Assembly (NCBI GenBank): GCA_051744925.1
Contig: JBNJDM010000004.1
Span: forward strand, 1-44,401
Direction: 5' to 3'
From: Thermodesulfobacteriota bacterium
Lineage (GTDB): Bacteria; Desulfobacterota; Desulfobacteria; Desulfobacterales; JACKCP01
Length of the DNA stretch: 44,401 nucleotides
The number at the start of each line of letters is the position of its first letter. Position 1 is the stretch's first letter. Shown piece by piece: positions 1 to 8,387 of the stretch. The translations under genes were made by a program, and so were the position numbers. The notes under the pieces are model-generated. The model did no database searches. It saw only the letters and a list, made by a program, of their open reading frames with translations, and was not told where the DNA came from.

Positions 1-1076
1 GGATAAGCTGTTTCAACCTGGCTTCTTTCCCTTGCCATAAAAGTAATTGCTTTTGCAAAGGTTATATCTTTATCTATTCTGTGGTGCCTTACTTTCATTC
101 CTTTTGTAAATTCACCTGAGCATATTCTTACAAAAGCTATTCTGTCCCTGTGCTGAGGGTCCATGTTTGCCTGTATTTTAAATGCAAATCCTGTGAAATC
201 TTCTTCTTCCGGATTTACAAATCTTGTATGGGTTTCCCTTGGATACGGTGCAGGAGCATATTCGGATAAAGCGTCAAGAATCTCCTGAACTCCGAAATTG
301 TTAAGTGCAGATCCGAAAAATACCGGAGTCTGGGTTCCGTTAAGGAAAAGTTCCAGATCAAAAGGGTCTGCTGCACCTTCGATAAGTTCTACATCTTCTC
401 TTAGTTTGTCTGCAAGTGAACCAAGGGTTTCATCAAGTTTTGAATCTTCCAGATTTTCAATCTGAATAACATCTTCAGGGAGTTTGTCCTGGCCTGCCCT
501 GAACAAAAGAATCGATTTGTCTACCAGATTGTATACACCTTTAAATTCCTTGCCCATTCCTATAGGCCATGAAAGGGGAGTACATTCAATCTGAAGCTTT
601 TCTTCGATTTCAGCGAGGATATCAAGAGGTTCCAGGCCGACCCTGTCGAGTTTGTTTATAAAGGTTATTATGGGAGTATTTCTCATTCTGCATACTTCCA
701 TAAGTTTTTCAGTCTGGGGCTCAACACCGTTGGCACTGTCTATTATCATCAATGCCGAGTCTACAGCAGTAAGAACCCTGTATGTGTCTTCAGAAAAATC
801 TTTATGACCCGGAGTATCAAGAAGGTTCATTTCAAATCCGTTATAATTGAATTTCATAACAGATGTGGTAACAGAAATACCTCTTTGCTGTTCAACAGCC
901 ATCCAGTCGCTTGTGGCATGGCGGTCAGACTTTCTTGATTTTATTGCGCCGGCCTGTTCTATTGCTCCCCCGAAAAGCAAAAGCTTTTCAGTAAGTGTTG
1001 TTTTACCTGCATCAGGATGGCTTATTATGCCGAATGTTCTTCGTTTTTTTATCTCTTTTTCAATTTTTTTGCTCAT
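1..1076 (-). CDS. prfC: peptide chain release factor 3 (3' end outside window)
   Basis: Absent from the ORF track because it is truncated. Translated by hand from ATG at 1076: [43 protein letters not shown]...[14 protein letters not shown]...[16 protein letters not shown], the RF3 GTPase signature. Confidence 0.96.
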   Translation of the reverse strand, partial: MSKKIEKEIKKRRTFGIISHPDAGKTTLTEKLLLFGGAIEQAGAIKSRKSDRHATSDWMAVEQQRGISVTTSVMKFNYNGFEMNLLDTPGHKDFSEDTYRVLTAVDSALMIIDSANGVEPQTEKLMEVCRMRNTPIITFINKLDRVGLEPLDILAEIEEKLQIECTPLSWPIGMGKEFKGVYNLVDKSILLFRAGQDKLPEDVIQIENLEDSKLDETLGSLADKLREDVELIEGAADPFDLELFLNGTQTPVFFGSALNNFGVQEILDALSEYAPAPYPRETHTRFVNPEEEDFTGFAFKIQANMDPQHRDRIAFVRICSGEFTKGMKVRHHRIDKDITFAKAITFMARERSQVETAY

Positions 1077-1095
1077 TTATACTTAACTTTCCATA

Positions 1096-3243
1096 TTACG
1101 GTTGTGCATTTGTTATTACAGGTTCTCTTAAAATAAGTTCAATACCTTCCAAAGCTGCGGCAGCTTCTGCCGGAAATACTTCAGTAAGATTTTTTATATG
1201 ACGTAAATTATCAGCTGTTCTTAAAAAGAGCCTTACAAGGTCTCCTTCAGCAATTTCACTTAAATCGCTTACATCTTTCCACGGAACTCCCATTGCCCAG
1301 TGATATGTCAGTACTGCCGGGGTAAGGTAAAGCTCGGGAGCATTAAAACCGTTTTTTCTCAGCTGAAGGAAAAAGGGATCAAGCTCATTTTTTATTTTTG
1401 TATATTCTTTTCTCAATGTTTTCGGTATTGATCTGTGATGTAAAAGATCATCCTTGTATTCCCTGTCTGTAACAAAGCATGAGATAACAGCAGCAAGCAT
1501 TACAGGAGAATCAGGGAAAAGGCCTGCTTTAAATCCTTCGGCAACAACAACAGGATAATCTATCCTCAGTTTTGATGCCCATGATCCGTCAAATGTAAGA
1601 TTGTCTTTTTCATTTACATAACCCCAGTGCTTAAGAAACATAAGCCTTTTTTCAAAGTCTTTTTTAAGTTCTTCTGAGTTGCCAAGCTGGTAAGAGGCAA
1701 GTGATTTTTGAATTAAAGTCTTTATTTGATCAGGATTGTGAGACAATAAAAGGTTTAAAACCATGGAAAAGTTAATTTTAATTTTACTTTTAACAGGCCC
1801 CGGGTTTTTAGAAAAAATTTTTCCAAGAAGTTTAAGATCCATAAATTTTCCCGGAAGTGCAATTGTAAAACCTATGTTATCCATGCCTCTTCTGCCTGCA
1901 CGTCCAGTCATCTGATGAAGTTCTGTAGGAGTAAGAGGAAGAAATTCAACTCCGTTAAATTTATCGGAATTGGACAGAACAACAGTTCTTGCAGGAAAAT
2001 TAACTCCTGCTGCAACAGTTGTGGTTGCAAATACAGCATTTAAAAGACCTTCGGTCATAAGTTCCTCAACCGCTTCTTTCCACGGAGGAAGGTGCCCGCT
2101 GTGATGAGCAGCAACTCCTGACTTAAGAACAAACTTAATCTGTGGATGATCTTTAATATGCGGATGTTTTTCCACAAGATAATCAAGCTTTGCAGCAAGT
2201 TTTTTACGTTTTCCCTTTTCAAGCTTTAATCCGTTCATTGCACAGATTTCAACTGCATTGTCACAGTCAGCTCTTGATTTTAAGAAAAATATAGCAGGAA
2301 GCAGTTTGTACTGTTTCATAAGGTTTATTATATCTCCCATTGGTGGGAGTTTGCCCGGATGAGAAAGCAATGGTCTGTGAGGGTTTGAAGCGTATTTTTT
2401 TACTTTTTTATAAAGTGTGTTTGATAACCCTTTTTTCCCATTTTCCAAAGGCTCAAAAAGTGGAAAAAGAGTTCCTGAGGGATGAAGAAACAAAGGGTAT
2501 AAATCGACCGGTCTTTCAGTTGCTTTTATTCTTTTGCACGGTCTGTGTCTTATAGATTCCATCCATCCTGATATTTCATCAGCATTATCTATTGTTGCAG
2601 ACAAAAGTAAAACAGGGATTCTGACCGGAAGATAAATAAGGACTTCCTCCCATACAACGCCTCTGTCTTCGTCTCCAAGGTAATGGGCTTCATCCATTAT
2701 AACATAATCTGAATCTATATCTCTTCCTTCATGCATTGCGTCATAAAGGTGGTTCCTGAGTATTTCAGTTGTTCCGATAACAATCGGTGCGTCAGGAAAT
2801 TCTTTTCTGTCTCCTGTAAGTATGCCCACATTTTCTGAGCCGAATTTTTCTGAAAAAATATTGTATAAAGTATTTGTAAGAGCCTTTAAAGGAGAAGCAT
2901 ACCATGATTTTCCCCCTGATTTGAATATTTTTTCCATGGCAACTTCGGCAATCCATGTTTTGCCGGCGCCTGTGGGAGCTGTAACTATACAGTCTTCAAG
3001 AGGAACAAGATCTATTGCTTCCTGCTGAAATTTATCAGCTTTGAATTCTTCATTTTCAGGGACTCCGATTCTTGAAAAAACCCCTTTTAATTTTTTGTCT
3101 GATCCCGGTTTTAATGAAGAAGGGTTAAAAGGCTTTTTATTTTTATTGAAACCTTTGTTTTTATTAAATTTTTTTTTATAATTAGATTTGTTAGAATTAT
3201 TTTTTTTAAAATTTTTCGAATTATTAAATTTTTTACTATCCAT
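1096..3243 (-). CDS. Ski2-like / HelY-family DEAH-box RNA helicase with DSHCT-like C-terminus
   Basis: Motifs APTGAGKT, SPLKAL, DEAH, SAT, HHSG, ATTTVAAGVNFPA, QMTGRAGRRG; C-terminal EGDLVRLFLR. Confidence 0.9.
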   Translation of the reverse strand: MDSKKFNNSKNFKKNNSNKSNYKKKFNKNKGFNKNKKPFNPSSLKPGSDKKLKGVFSRIGVPENEEFKADKFQQEAIDLVPLEDCIVTAPTGAGKTWIAEVAMEKIFKSGGKSWYASPLKALTNTLYNIFSEKFGSENVGILTGDRKEFPDAPIVIGTTEILRNHLYDAMHEGRDIDSDYVIMDEAHYLGDEDRGVVWEEVLIYLPVRIPVLLLSATIDNADEISGWMESIRHRPCKRIKATERPVDLYPLFLHPSGTLFPLFEPLENGKKGLSNTLYKKVKKYASNPHRPLLSHPGKLPPMGDIINLMKQYKLLPAIFFLKSRADCDNAVEICAMNGLKLEKGKRKKLAAKLDYLVEKHPHIKDHPQIKFVLKSGVAAHHSGHLPPWKEAVEELMTEGLLNAVFATTTVAAGVNFPARTVVLSNSDKFNGVEFLPLTPTELHQMTGRAGRRGMDNIGFTIALPGKFMDLKLLGKIFSKNPGPVKSKIKINFSMVLNLLLSHNPDQIKTLIQKSLASYQLGNSEELKKDFEKRLMFLKHWGYVNEKDNLTFDGSWASKLRIDYPVVVAEGFKAGLFPDSPVMLAAVISCFVTDREYKDDLLHHRSIPKTLRKEYTKIKNELDPFFLQLRKNGFNAPELYLTPAVLTYHWAMGVPWKDVSDLSEIAEGDLVRLFLRTADNLRHIKNLTEVFPAEAAAALEGIELILREPVITNAQP

Positions 3244-3317
3244 AAAGACTCTCTTTAATTATTATCCAGAGTTTGCCTATAACACTTATTTAATATTTAC
3301 TGCAAGTGAGGAAATAA

Positions 3318-5312
3318 ATGATTAGAAAAAAACAGGAATTTAAACCGGAAATACTTGCTCCTGCAGGTAACATAGACTCGTTTTTTGCAGCAGTCGCAGC
3401 AGGAGCAGACAGTATTTACTGCTCTTTGAAAAACTTTTCAGCAAGAATGGAGGCTGATAATTTTTCTATAGAAGAACTCTCAAGACTTTCTGTACTTGCA
3501 AAAAATCACGGAGTTAAGCTTTATATTGCCATAAATTCAATACTTAAAGATTCTGAAATCGATAAAGTCGGACGGATGGTGGTAAGAATTAAAAGATATG
3601 TCAGGCCTGATGCCCTTATTGTTAATGATCCTGCAATGATTGAAATAGCAGCAGAAGCAGGAATAAGGTGCGAGCTTCATCTTTCAACTCTTTCAGGATT
3701 TTCTATTCCTTCAGGTCTTAAAACTGCTTCTAAGTTTGGAATAAAAAGGGTTGTACTTCCAAGGGAGTTTAATATTGATCAGATTAAACTTCTGGCTGAT
3801 CAGAAATCAGGTGTTGATCTTGAAGCCTTTATTCACGGATCTTTATGCTACGCAATTTCAGGAAGGTGTTACTGGAGCAGCTGGCTTGGCGGAAAAAGCG
3901 GATTGAGAGGAAGATGTGTTCAGCCGTGCAGAAGAGCTTATGAGCATGGAAAAGACAAAAACAGTTTTTTTTCATGTATGGATCTTGGTCTTGATGTTCT
4001 TGTTAAAGTTCTTCAGGAGGTAAAAGAGGTTAAAACCTGGAAAATAGAAGGACGAAAAAAAACACCCCATTATGTTTATTATACTGTATGGGGTTATAAA
4101 AGTTTGCGCGATGTTCCAATGACTGCAAAAGAGAAAAAAGAGACAGTAAAAATTTTTGATGAGTCCCTTGGGCGTCCTCTTTCTCATTACAATTTTCTTC
4201 CCCAGAGAACACATAATCCTGCTGAAGATAATGCTGAAACAGGTTCAGGCAAATTTCTGGGAAGAGTATCAAGGGATCAGGACAAAATTTTTCTTCAGCC
4301 AAGGGAAACTCTTATAAAAGGTGATAAATTAAGGGTAGGTTATCAGGGCGATTCATTTCATTCAGTTATATATGTGCCTGTATCTATACCAAAAGGAGGT
4401 AAGTTTGTTTTACGACCTGGTGATTTTAAAAAGAATCCTCCTTCAAAAACACCTGTTTTTTTAATCGACAGAAAAGAAAAAGAGCTTGTTGATCAAATTA
4501 ATCAGCTTAAAAAAGAATATGATGAAACTGAGCAGGTAAAAACAGCAACTGTTTCATTTAATATTCCTGATGTTAAAAAGGTAAAACCGAAAAGATCTGA
4601 TAAAATCATCAATACTTCTGTTAAAAGAAGTGGTGCAAACAGCAAGGGTCTAATCAGAGACGGGGTCTGGGTTGACGAAGCTTTTATAAAAAGGCTTGAC
4701 TCAGACTCAAAGGTTTTTGACAGGTTTGCCTGGTTCTGGCTTCCTCCTTTTATATGGCCGGAAAAAGAGCAGATGTATATAGATGCTGTTGATAAAATTA
4801 TTAAAAGAGGCGGGTTTAATTTTATTGTAAACAATCTCTGGTACACAGGTATATTTAAAAATATGAAAGATCTTAATGTGTGGGGCGGTCCTTTTTGTAA
4901 TCTGTCAAATTTTGCAGCTGCAAATATTTTTAAGAAAGCCGGGTTAAAAGGAGCAATAGTAAGTCCTGAATTAACCGGAGAAGATATGCTTTTAATGCCT
5001 GAAAAATCGCCTCTTCCTCTTGGTGTAATAATTAAGGGGAGCTTCCCTTTTGCTGTTTCTGCAATAACACCAAGGGGTCTTGAAGAAAATGATGTTTTTA
5101 TGAGCCCTAAAAAAGAGGCTGGTTTTGTAAAGGAATACGACGGTTTAAGCTGGGTATATCCGGGATGGGAGCTTGATTTGAGTGATAAAAGAGATCAGCT
5201 CAGAAAAGCCGGGTATGTTTTTTTTGCGGAAATGGATGAAAATATTCCGCCTGAAATAGCAAAAACAAAAAGAAAAAAATCTAAGTGGAACTGGGATTTA
5301 AAGCTTTTATAA
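3318..5312 (+). CDS. peptidase U32 family protein, probable Fe-S RNA hydroxylase (RlhA/TrhP-like)
   Basis: PEILAPAG N-terminus, Fe-S cysteines in HGSLCYAISGRC...RGRCVQPCRR, KIEGRKK; 664 aa is closer to RlhA length. Confidence 0.85.
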   Translation: MIRKKQEFKPEILAPAGNIDSFFAAVAAGADSIYCSLKNFSARMEADNFSIEELSRLSVLAKNHGVKLYIAINSILKDSEIDKVGRMVVRIKRYVRPDALIVNDPAMIEIAAEAGIRCELHLSTLSGFSIPSGLKTASKFGIKRVVLPREFNIDQIKLLADQKSGVDLEAFIHGSLCYAISGRCYWSSWLGGKSGLRGRCVQPCRRAYEHGKDKNSFFSCMDLGLDVLVKVLQEVKEVKTWKIEGRKKTPHYVYYTVWGYKSLRDVPMTAKEKKETVKIFDESLGRPLSHYNFLPQRTHNPAEDNAETGSGKFLGRVSRDQDKIFLQPRETLIKGDKLRVGYQGDSFHSVIYVPVSIPKGGKFVLRPGDFKKNPPSKTPVFLIDRKEKELVDQINQLKKEYDETEQVKTATVSFNIPDVKKVKPKRSDKIINTSVKRSGANSKGLIRDGVWVDEAFIKRLDSDSKVFDRFAWFWLPPFIWPEKEQMYIDAVDKIIKRGGFNFIVNNLWYTGIFKNMKDLNVWGGPFCNLSNFAAANIFKKAGLKGAIVSPELTGEDMLLMPEKSPLPLGVIIKGSFPFAVSAITPRGLEENDVFMSPKKEAGFVKEYDGLSWVYPGWELDLSDKRDQLRKAGYVFFAEMDENIPPEIAKTKRKKSKWNWDLKLL

Positions 5313-5437
5313 ATTAGCTATAAGCAAAGAATCTGTCGGAAAAAATGTAACCAAATCAGTTTATATTTATCTTTTTGATTTGAGTATTGGTCTTAGATGC
5401 TGGCATAAAAAATTAATCCTGGCGTTTTCCGGATGGT

Positions 5438-5466
5438 TTGACAATATTTTTTCACGGGGGTAGAGT
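5438..5466 (+). promoter_or_regulatory. putative sigma70 promoter for the CoA-disulfide reductase gene
   Basis: TTGACA (5438-5443), 17-nt spacer, TAGAGT (5461-5466). Confidence 0.55.
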
Positions 5467-5479
5467 TTTTTAGTCGATT

Positions 5480-5629
5480 TGAGTGTTTTGTATTTTATAA
5501 AGAACAGTTCTTTTTATACTTTTAAAATATGAAATTTTCAAATTCAGGTAATACTAAAATTTATGGGGATAAAATTTTGAATCTGACCCAGGAGGGTTAG
5601 AAAAATAAGTTTTAGTTTTAAAACTAAAT
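5480..5629 (+). repeat. degenerate full-length copy of an intergenic MITE-like element
   Basis: Collinear with 10361-10510 (GAAATTTT to GGATAAAATTTTGA offset is 36 nt in both). Its 3' end AGTTTTAGTTTTAAAACTAAAT aligns with AGTTTTCGTTCAGCTACTAATT, the reverse complement of the 8055 copy. Confidence 0.5.
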
Positions 5630-5648
5630 GTTTTTTAACGGAGGAGTC

Positions 5649-7352
5649 ATGTCGAGAAAAATTGTTATTATAGGTGCAGTAGCTCTCGGTCCTAAAGTTG
5701 CCTGCAGGGTGAAAAGGACAGAGCCTGATGCTGAAGTTCTTCTTATAGACAAAGAAAAGTTTATTTCATACGGCGGCTGCGGGATTCCGTATTATGTTTC
5801 AGGGGATGTAAGCGATTCCTCAGATCTTATGAAAACAAGTTTTCATATGGTAAGGGATGAATACTTTTTTAATAACTGTAAAGATGTTCAGCTTATGACC
5901 GGAACAGAAGTTGTTGACATCGACAGAAAGAATAAAAAAATAAAGGTTGTTCATTCCGGCGGATCTGAAGAATGGCTTGCATATGATAAACTTGTGCTTG
6001 GAACAGGATGCAGGGTAAGAGATATTAATATTGAAGGTCTTGATCTTGATAATGTTTTCGGAGTTGGAAAGCTTCAGGATGCCATTGATATAAAATCGAG
6101 AATTACATCAGGTTCTGTTTCAAAGGCTGTTGTTGTTGGCGCCGGATTTATAGGCCTTGAAATGGCTGAAGCTCTTGCTGATATGTGGGGTATAGAAACA
6201 AGCGTAATTGAGATAGCAGATCAGATTATGCCCGGATTTGTAGGTAAGGAAATGGCTGAAGTAGCCATGAATGAAATGAAGGAAAATGAAGTAGATTTTT
6301 ATCTCAATGAAACTGTTATAGCTATAAAGGGTGATGGAAAAGCCCAAAAAGTTATTACTGACAAAAGAGAGCTTGATGCTGATCTTGTTATTATGGCTCC
6401 GGGAGTAATTCCAAATTCTGAGCTTGCCCAAAAAGCTGGTCTTGCTGTAGGTCCGTGCAACGGAATTATGGTAAATGAAAGACTTGAAACATCAGATCCT
6501 GATATTTATTCAGGAGGAGACGGTGCTGTTGTAAAAAATCTTGTTTCAGGTCAGTGGGGATATTTCCCGCTTGGATCACTTGCCAACAGACAGGGGAGAA
6601 TAATAGGCTCCAATATAACTGGTTCTGCAAAAAAATTTCCAGGAGCAGTAGGAAGTTTTGTTGTAAAGCTGTTTGACGGATGTCTTGCAGGAGCCGGGCT
6701 TAATCTTGATAACGCAAGAAAGGCAGGATTTGATGCTGTAAGTGTCCAGATGTGTCAGCTTGACAGGGCTCATTTTTATCCTGAAAAAGATTTGATGTAT
6801 TTAGAACTTGTTGTTGAAAAAGAGACAAGAAAAGTTCTCGGCATTCAGGGTTTTGGAGGTAACGGTGATGCTGTTGTTGCAAGAATAAATCCTGTTGCTG
6901 CTATACTTGATAAAAGTCCTGATATTGATGATATAAGCAATCTTGAAGTTGCATATTCACCTCCGTTTGCTTCTGCAATGGATGTTGTTAATGCCCTTGG
7001 CAATGTTGCAGACAACCTTCTTGATGAACGTCTCAGACCCATAGGAAGTACTGAGTTTGATGAATACTGGGAAAAAATCAAAAACGGTGAGGTTGCATTA
7101 ATAGACTGCAGAGCAGAAAAAGATGCAAGACCTTTTGTTGAAAAGTATCCTGATTTTTGGAAAAGTATTCCCCAGGATGAGCTTAGAAAGAGAATAGATG
7201 AAGTTCCAAAAGATAAAAAATTAATACTTGTATGCAACACAGGTGTAAGGTCCTATGAAGCCCAGCTGAATCTTGATGAGCTCGGATACAATGACAATGT
7301 AAGTGTTCAGGGCGGAGTAGCTTTTATGAAAAAATGGGGAATGGATCTTTAA
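5649..7352 (+). CDS. FAD-dependent CoA-disulfide/persulfide reductase with C-terminal rhodanese domain (CoADR-RHD / Npsr-like)
   Basis: Redox Cys in SYGGCGIPY, NAD-binding GAGFIGLE, YSPPFA, rhodanese VCNTGVRS. Start moved to ATG 5649 behind the GGAGGAG RBS. Confidence 0.85.
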   Translation: MSRKIVIIGAVALGPKVACRVKRTEPDAEVLLIDKEKFISYGGCGIPYYVSGDVSDSSDLMKTSFHMVRDEYFFNNCKDVQLMTGTEVVDIDRKNKKIKVVHSGGSEEWLAYDKLVLGTGCRVRDINIEGLDLDNVFGVGKLQDAIDIKSRITSGSVSKAVVVGAGFIGLEMAEALADMWGIETSVIEIADQIMPGFVGKEMAEVAMNEMKENEVDFYLNETVIAIKGDGKAQKVITDKRELDADLVIMAPGVIPNSELAQKAGLAVGPCNGIMVNERLETSDPDIYSGGDGAVVKNLVSGQWGYFPLGSLANRQGRIIGSNITGSAKKFPGAVGSFVVKLFDGCLAGAGLNLDNARKAGFDAVSVQMCQLDRAHFYPEKDLMYLELVVEKETRKVLGIQGFGGNGDAVVARINPVAAILDKSPDIDDISNLEVAYSPPFASAMDVVNALGNVADNLLDERLRPIGSTEFDEYWEKIKNGEVALIDCRAEKDARPFVEKYPDFWKSIPQDELRKRIDEVPKDKKLILVCNTGVRSYEAQLNLDELGYNDNVSVQGGVAFMKKWGMDL

Positions 7353-7428
7353 GGAATAATAGTCTGAAAACCATAAATTTTTCTTTAACTGAATATTAAC
7401 CGGATAAAAAGTTTAGTTTTTCTTCAGT

Positions 7429-7472
7429 AAAAAAGAAAAAAACTTCCGGGAGGAATTAATCTCTCCCGGAAG
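7429..7472 (-). terminator. intrinsic terminator of the PilZ gene
   Basis: Perfect 10-bp inverted repeat CTTCCGGGAG (7443-7452) / CTCCCGGAAG (7463-7472) followed by a U-rich tract on the minus strand. Confidence 0.7.
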
Positions 7473-7791
7473 CACTATCATTTACAATTTTAATCTCTTC
7501 TATCATAGATTCGAGTCTTGTAACCAATTCAAGGTCACTTCTGTGAAATTTTACAGCTATTCCTTCAGGGGTGCTTCTGACAACTACTCCTGATATACTC
7601 ATATAGTTCTGGTACGGGAAAGGGACTGTAAGAGTGATCTCGTTTCCGATACGAACATCATTTGATGTTTTTATAAAAATACCGCCTGCACTTATATCTA
7701 CAATATATTCTTTATAAATTCTGTTTCTGTCTATATAATCAACAGGCATAAAATAAGGTTTTCTTGGATGATATCTTTTTTCTTCAGTCAT
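7456..7791 (-). CDS. stand-alone PilZ-domain protein (c-di-GMP receptor)
   Basis: Intact RxxxR (RYHPR) and DxSxxG (DISAGG) motifs; 111 aa. Confidence 0.88.
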   Translation of the reverse strand: MTEEKRYHPRKPYFMPVDYIDRNRIYKEYIVDISAGGIFIKTSNDVRIGNEITLTVPFPYQNYMSISGVVVRSTPEGIAVKFHRSDLELVTRLESMIEEIKIVNDSASGRD

Positions 7792-8054
7792 TTTTTTTAC
7801 CTGAATTTATATTGTTTAGTGATATTGTTTCAACACAGAAATCAGGATTACAGCTGAGTATTGTGTTGCTGACCTGAAATATCGGATAATAAAATTATTA
7901 TAGGATATTATGGTTAAATGTCTATGAGGTTAGAGACTCATTTGAATAGGAAAAACCCATGATTAAGAGCTGGATATATTTAGCATATCTATTGGTTTCA
8001 GTGTTCTGTATGTGTGTTTAGGTTGGCTTGAATAAATAAAAAACATGTTTTCTG

Positions 8055-8170
8055 ATAATTAGTAGCTGAACGAAAACTGTCTTTTTTGCCCATTTCTGGG
8101 TTAGATAAAAAATTTTAGTTTTCAGCCAATCACTAATTATTTGCTGATCGAAAGCTTACTTTTTTGTTCA
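8055..8170. repeat. internally deleted MITE-like element (8055-8140) plus an adjoining extra terminal segment (8134-8170)
   Basis: Imperfect terminal inverted repeat ATAATTAGT-N8-GAAAACT at both ends. Matches the two ends of 10361-10510 in reverse complement at 29/33 and 30/36. 8143-8170 matches 8065-8092 at 22/28 (hand counts). Confidence 0.75.
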
Positions 8171-8246
8171 GTAAGTAATTTAGTGCTAAAAGACTTAAAA
8201 ATGATTTAGATCTGTATTTTTATCTGATATGAAGTAAGGAAATCTT

Positions 8247-8323
8247 TGGTCGGGACGGCAGGATTTGAACCTGCGACTCCTAGCACCCCATGCTAGTGCG
8301 CTACCAGACTGCGCTACGCCCCG
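8247..8323 (-). tRNA. tRNA-Pro (GGG)
   Basis: Reverse complement CGGGGCGTAGCGCAGTCTGGTAGCGCACTAGCATGGGGTGCTAGGAGTCGCAGGTTCAAATCCTGCCGTCCCGACCA: cloverleaf, GGG anticodon, TTC loop, encoded CCA. Confidence 0.97.
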
Positions 8324-8337
8324 GATAAAGATGAATT

Positions 8338-8367
8338 CTTATAGCAGTACATAATATTTGTTGTCAA
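8338..8367 (-). promoter_or_regulatory. putative sigma70 promoter for tRNA-Pro
   Basis: Minus strand TTGACA, 18-nt spacer, TATAAG with a TGn extended -10, about 15 nt upstream of the tRNA. Confidence 0.55.
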
Positions 8368-8387
8368 GCTAAAATACAGGAGAGAGA

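Noticed and set aside
5401-5418. TGGCAT as a sigma54 -24 box
   Set aside because: No TTGC at the -12 position.
5440-5457. Possible Rex operator over the reductase promoter
   Set aside because: Only the TTCAC half matches TTGTGAA-N4-TTCACAA.
7831-7868. Imperfect hairpin CAACACA...TGTGTTG upstream of the PilZ gene as a c-di-GMP riboswitch
   Set aside because: I could not find the conserved class I or II elements; a single imperfect stem is not enough.
8180-8330. tRNA-Pro as a prophage or island integration site
   Set aside because: No integrase nearby, and I found no duplicate of the tRNA 3' end in the window.
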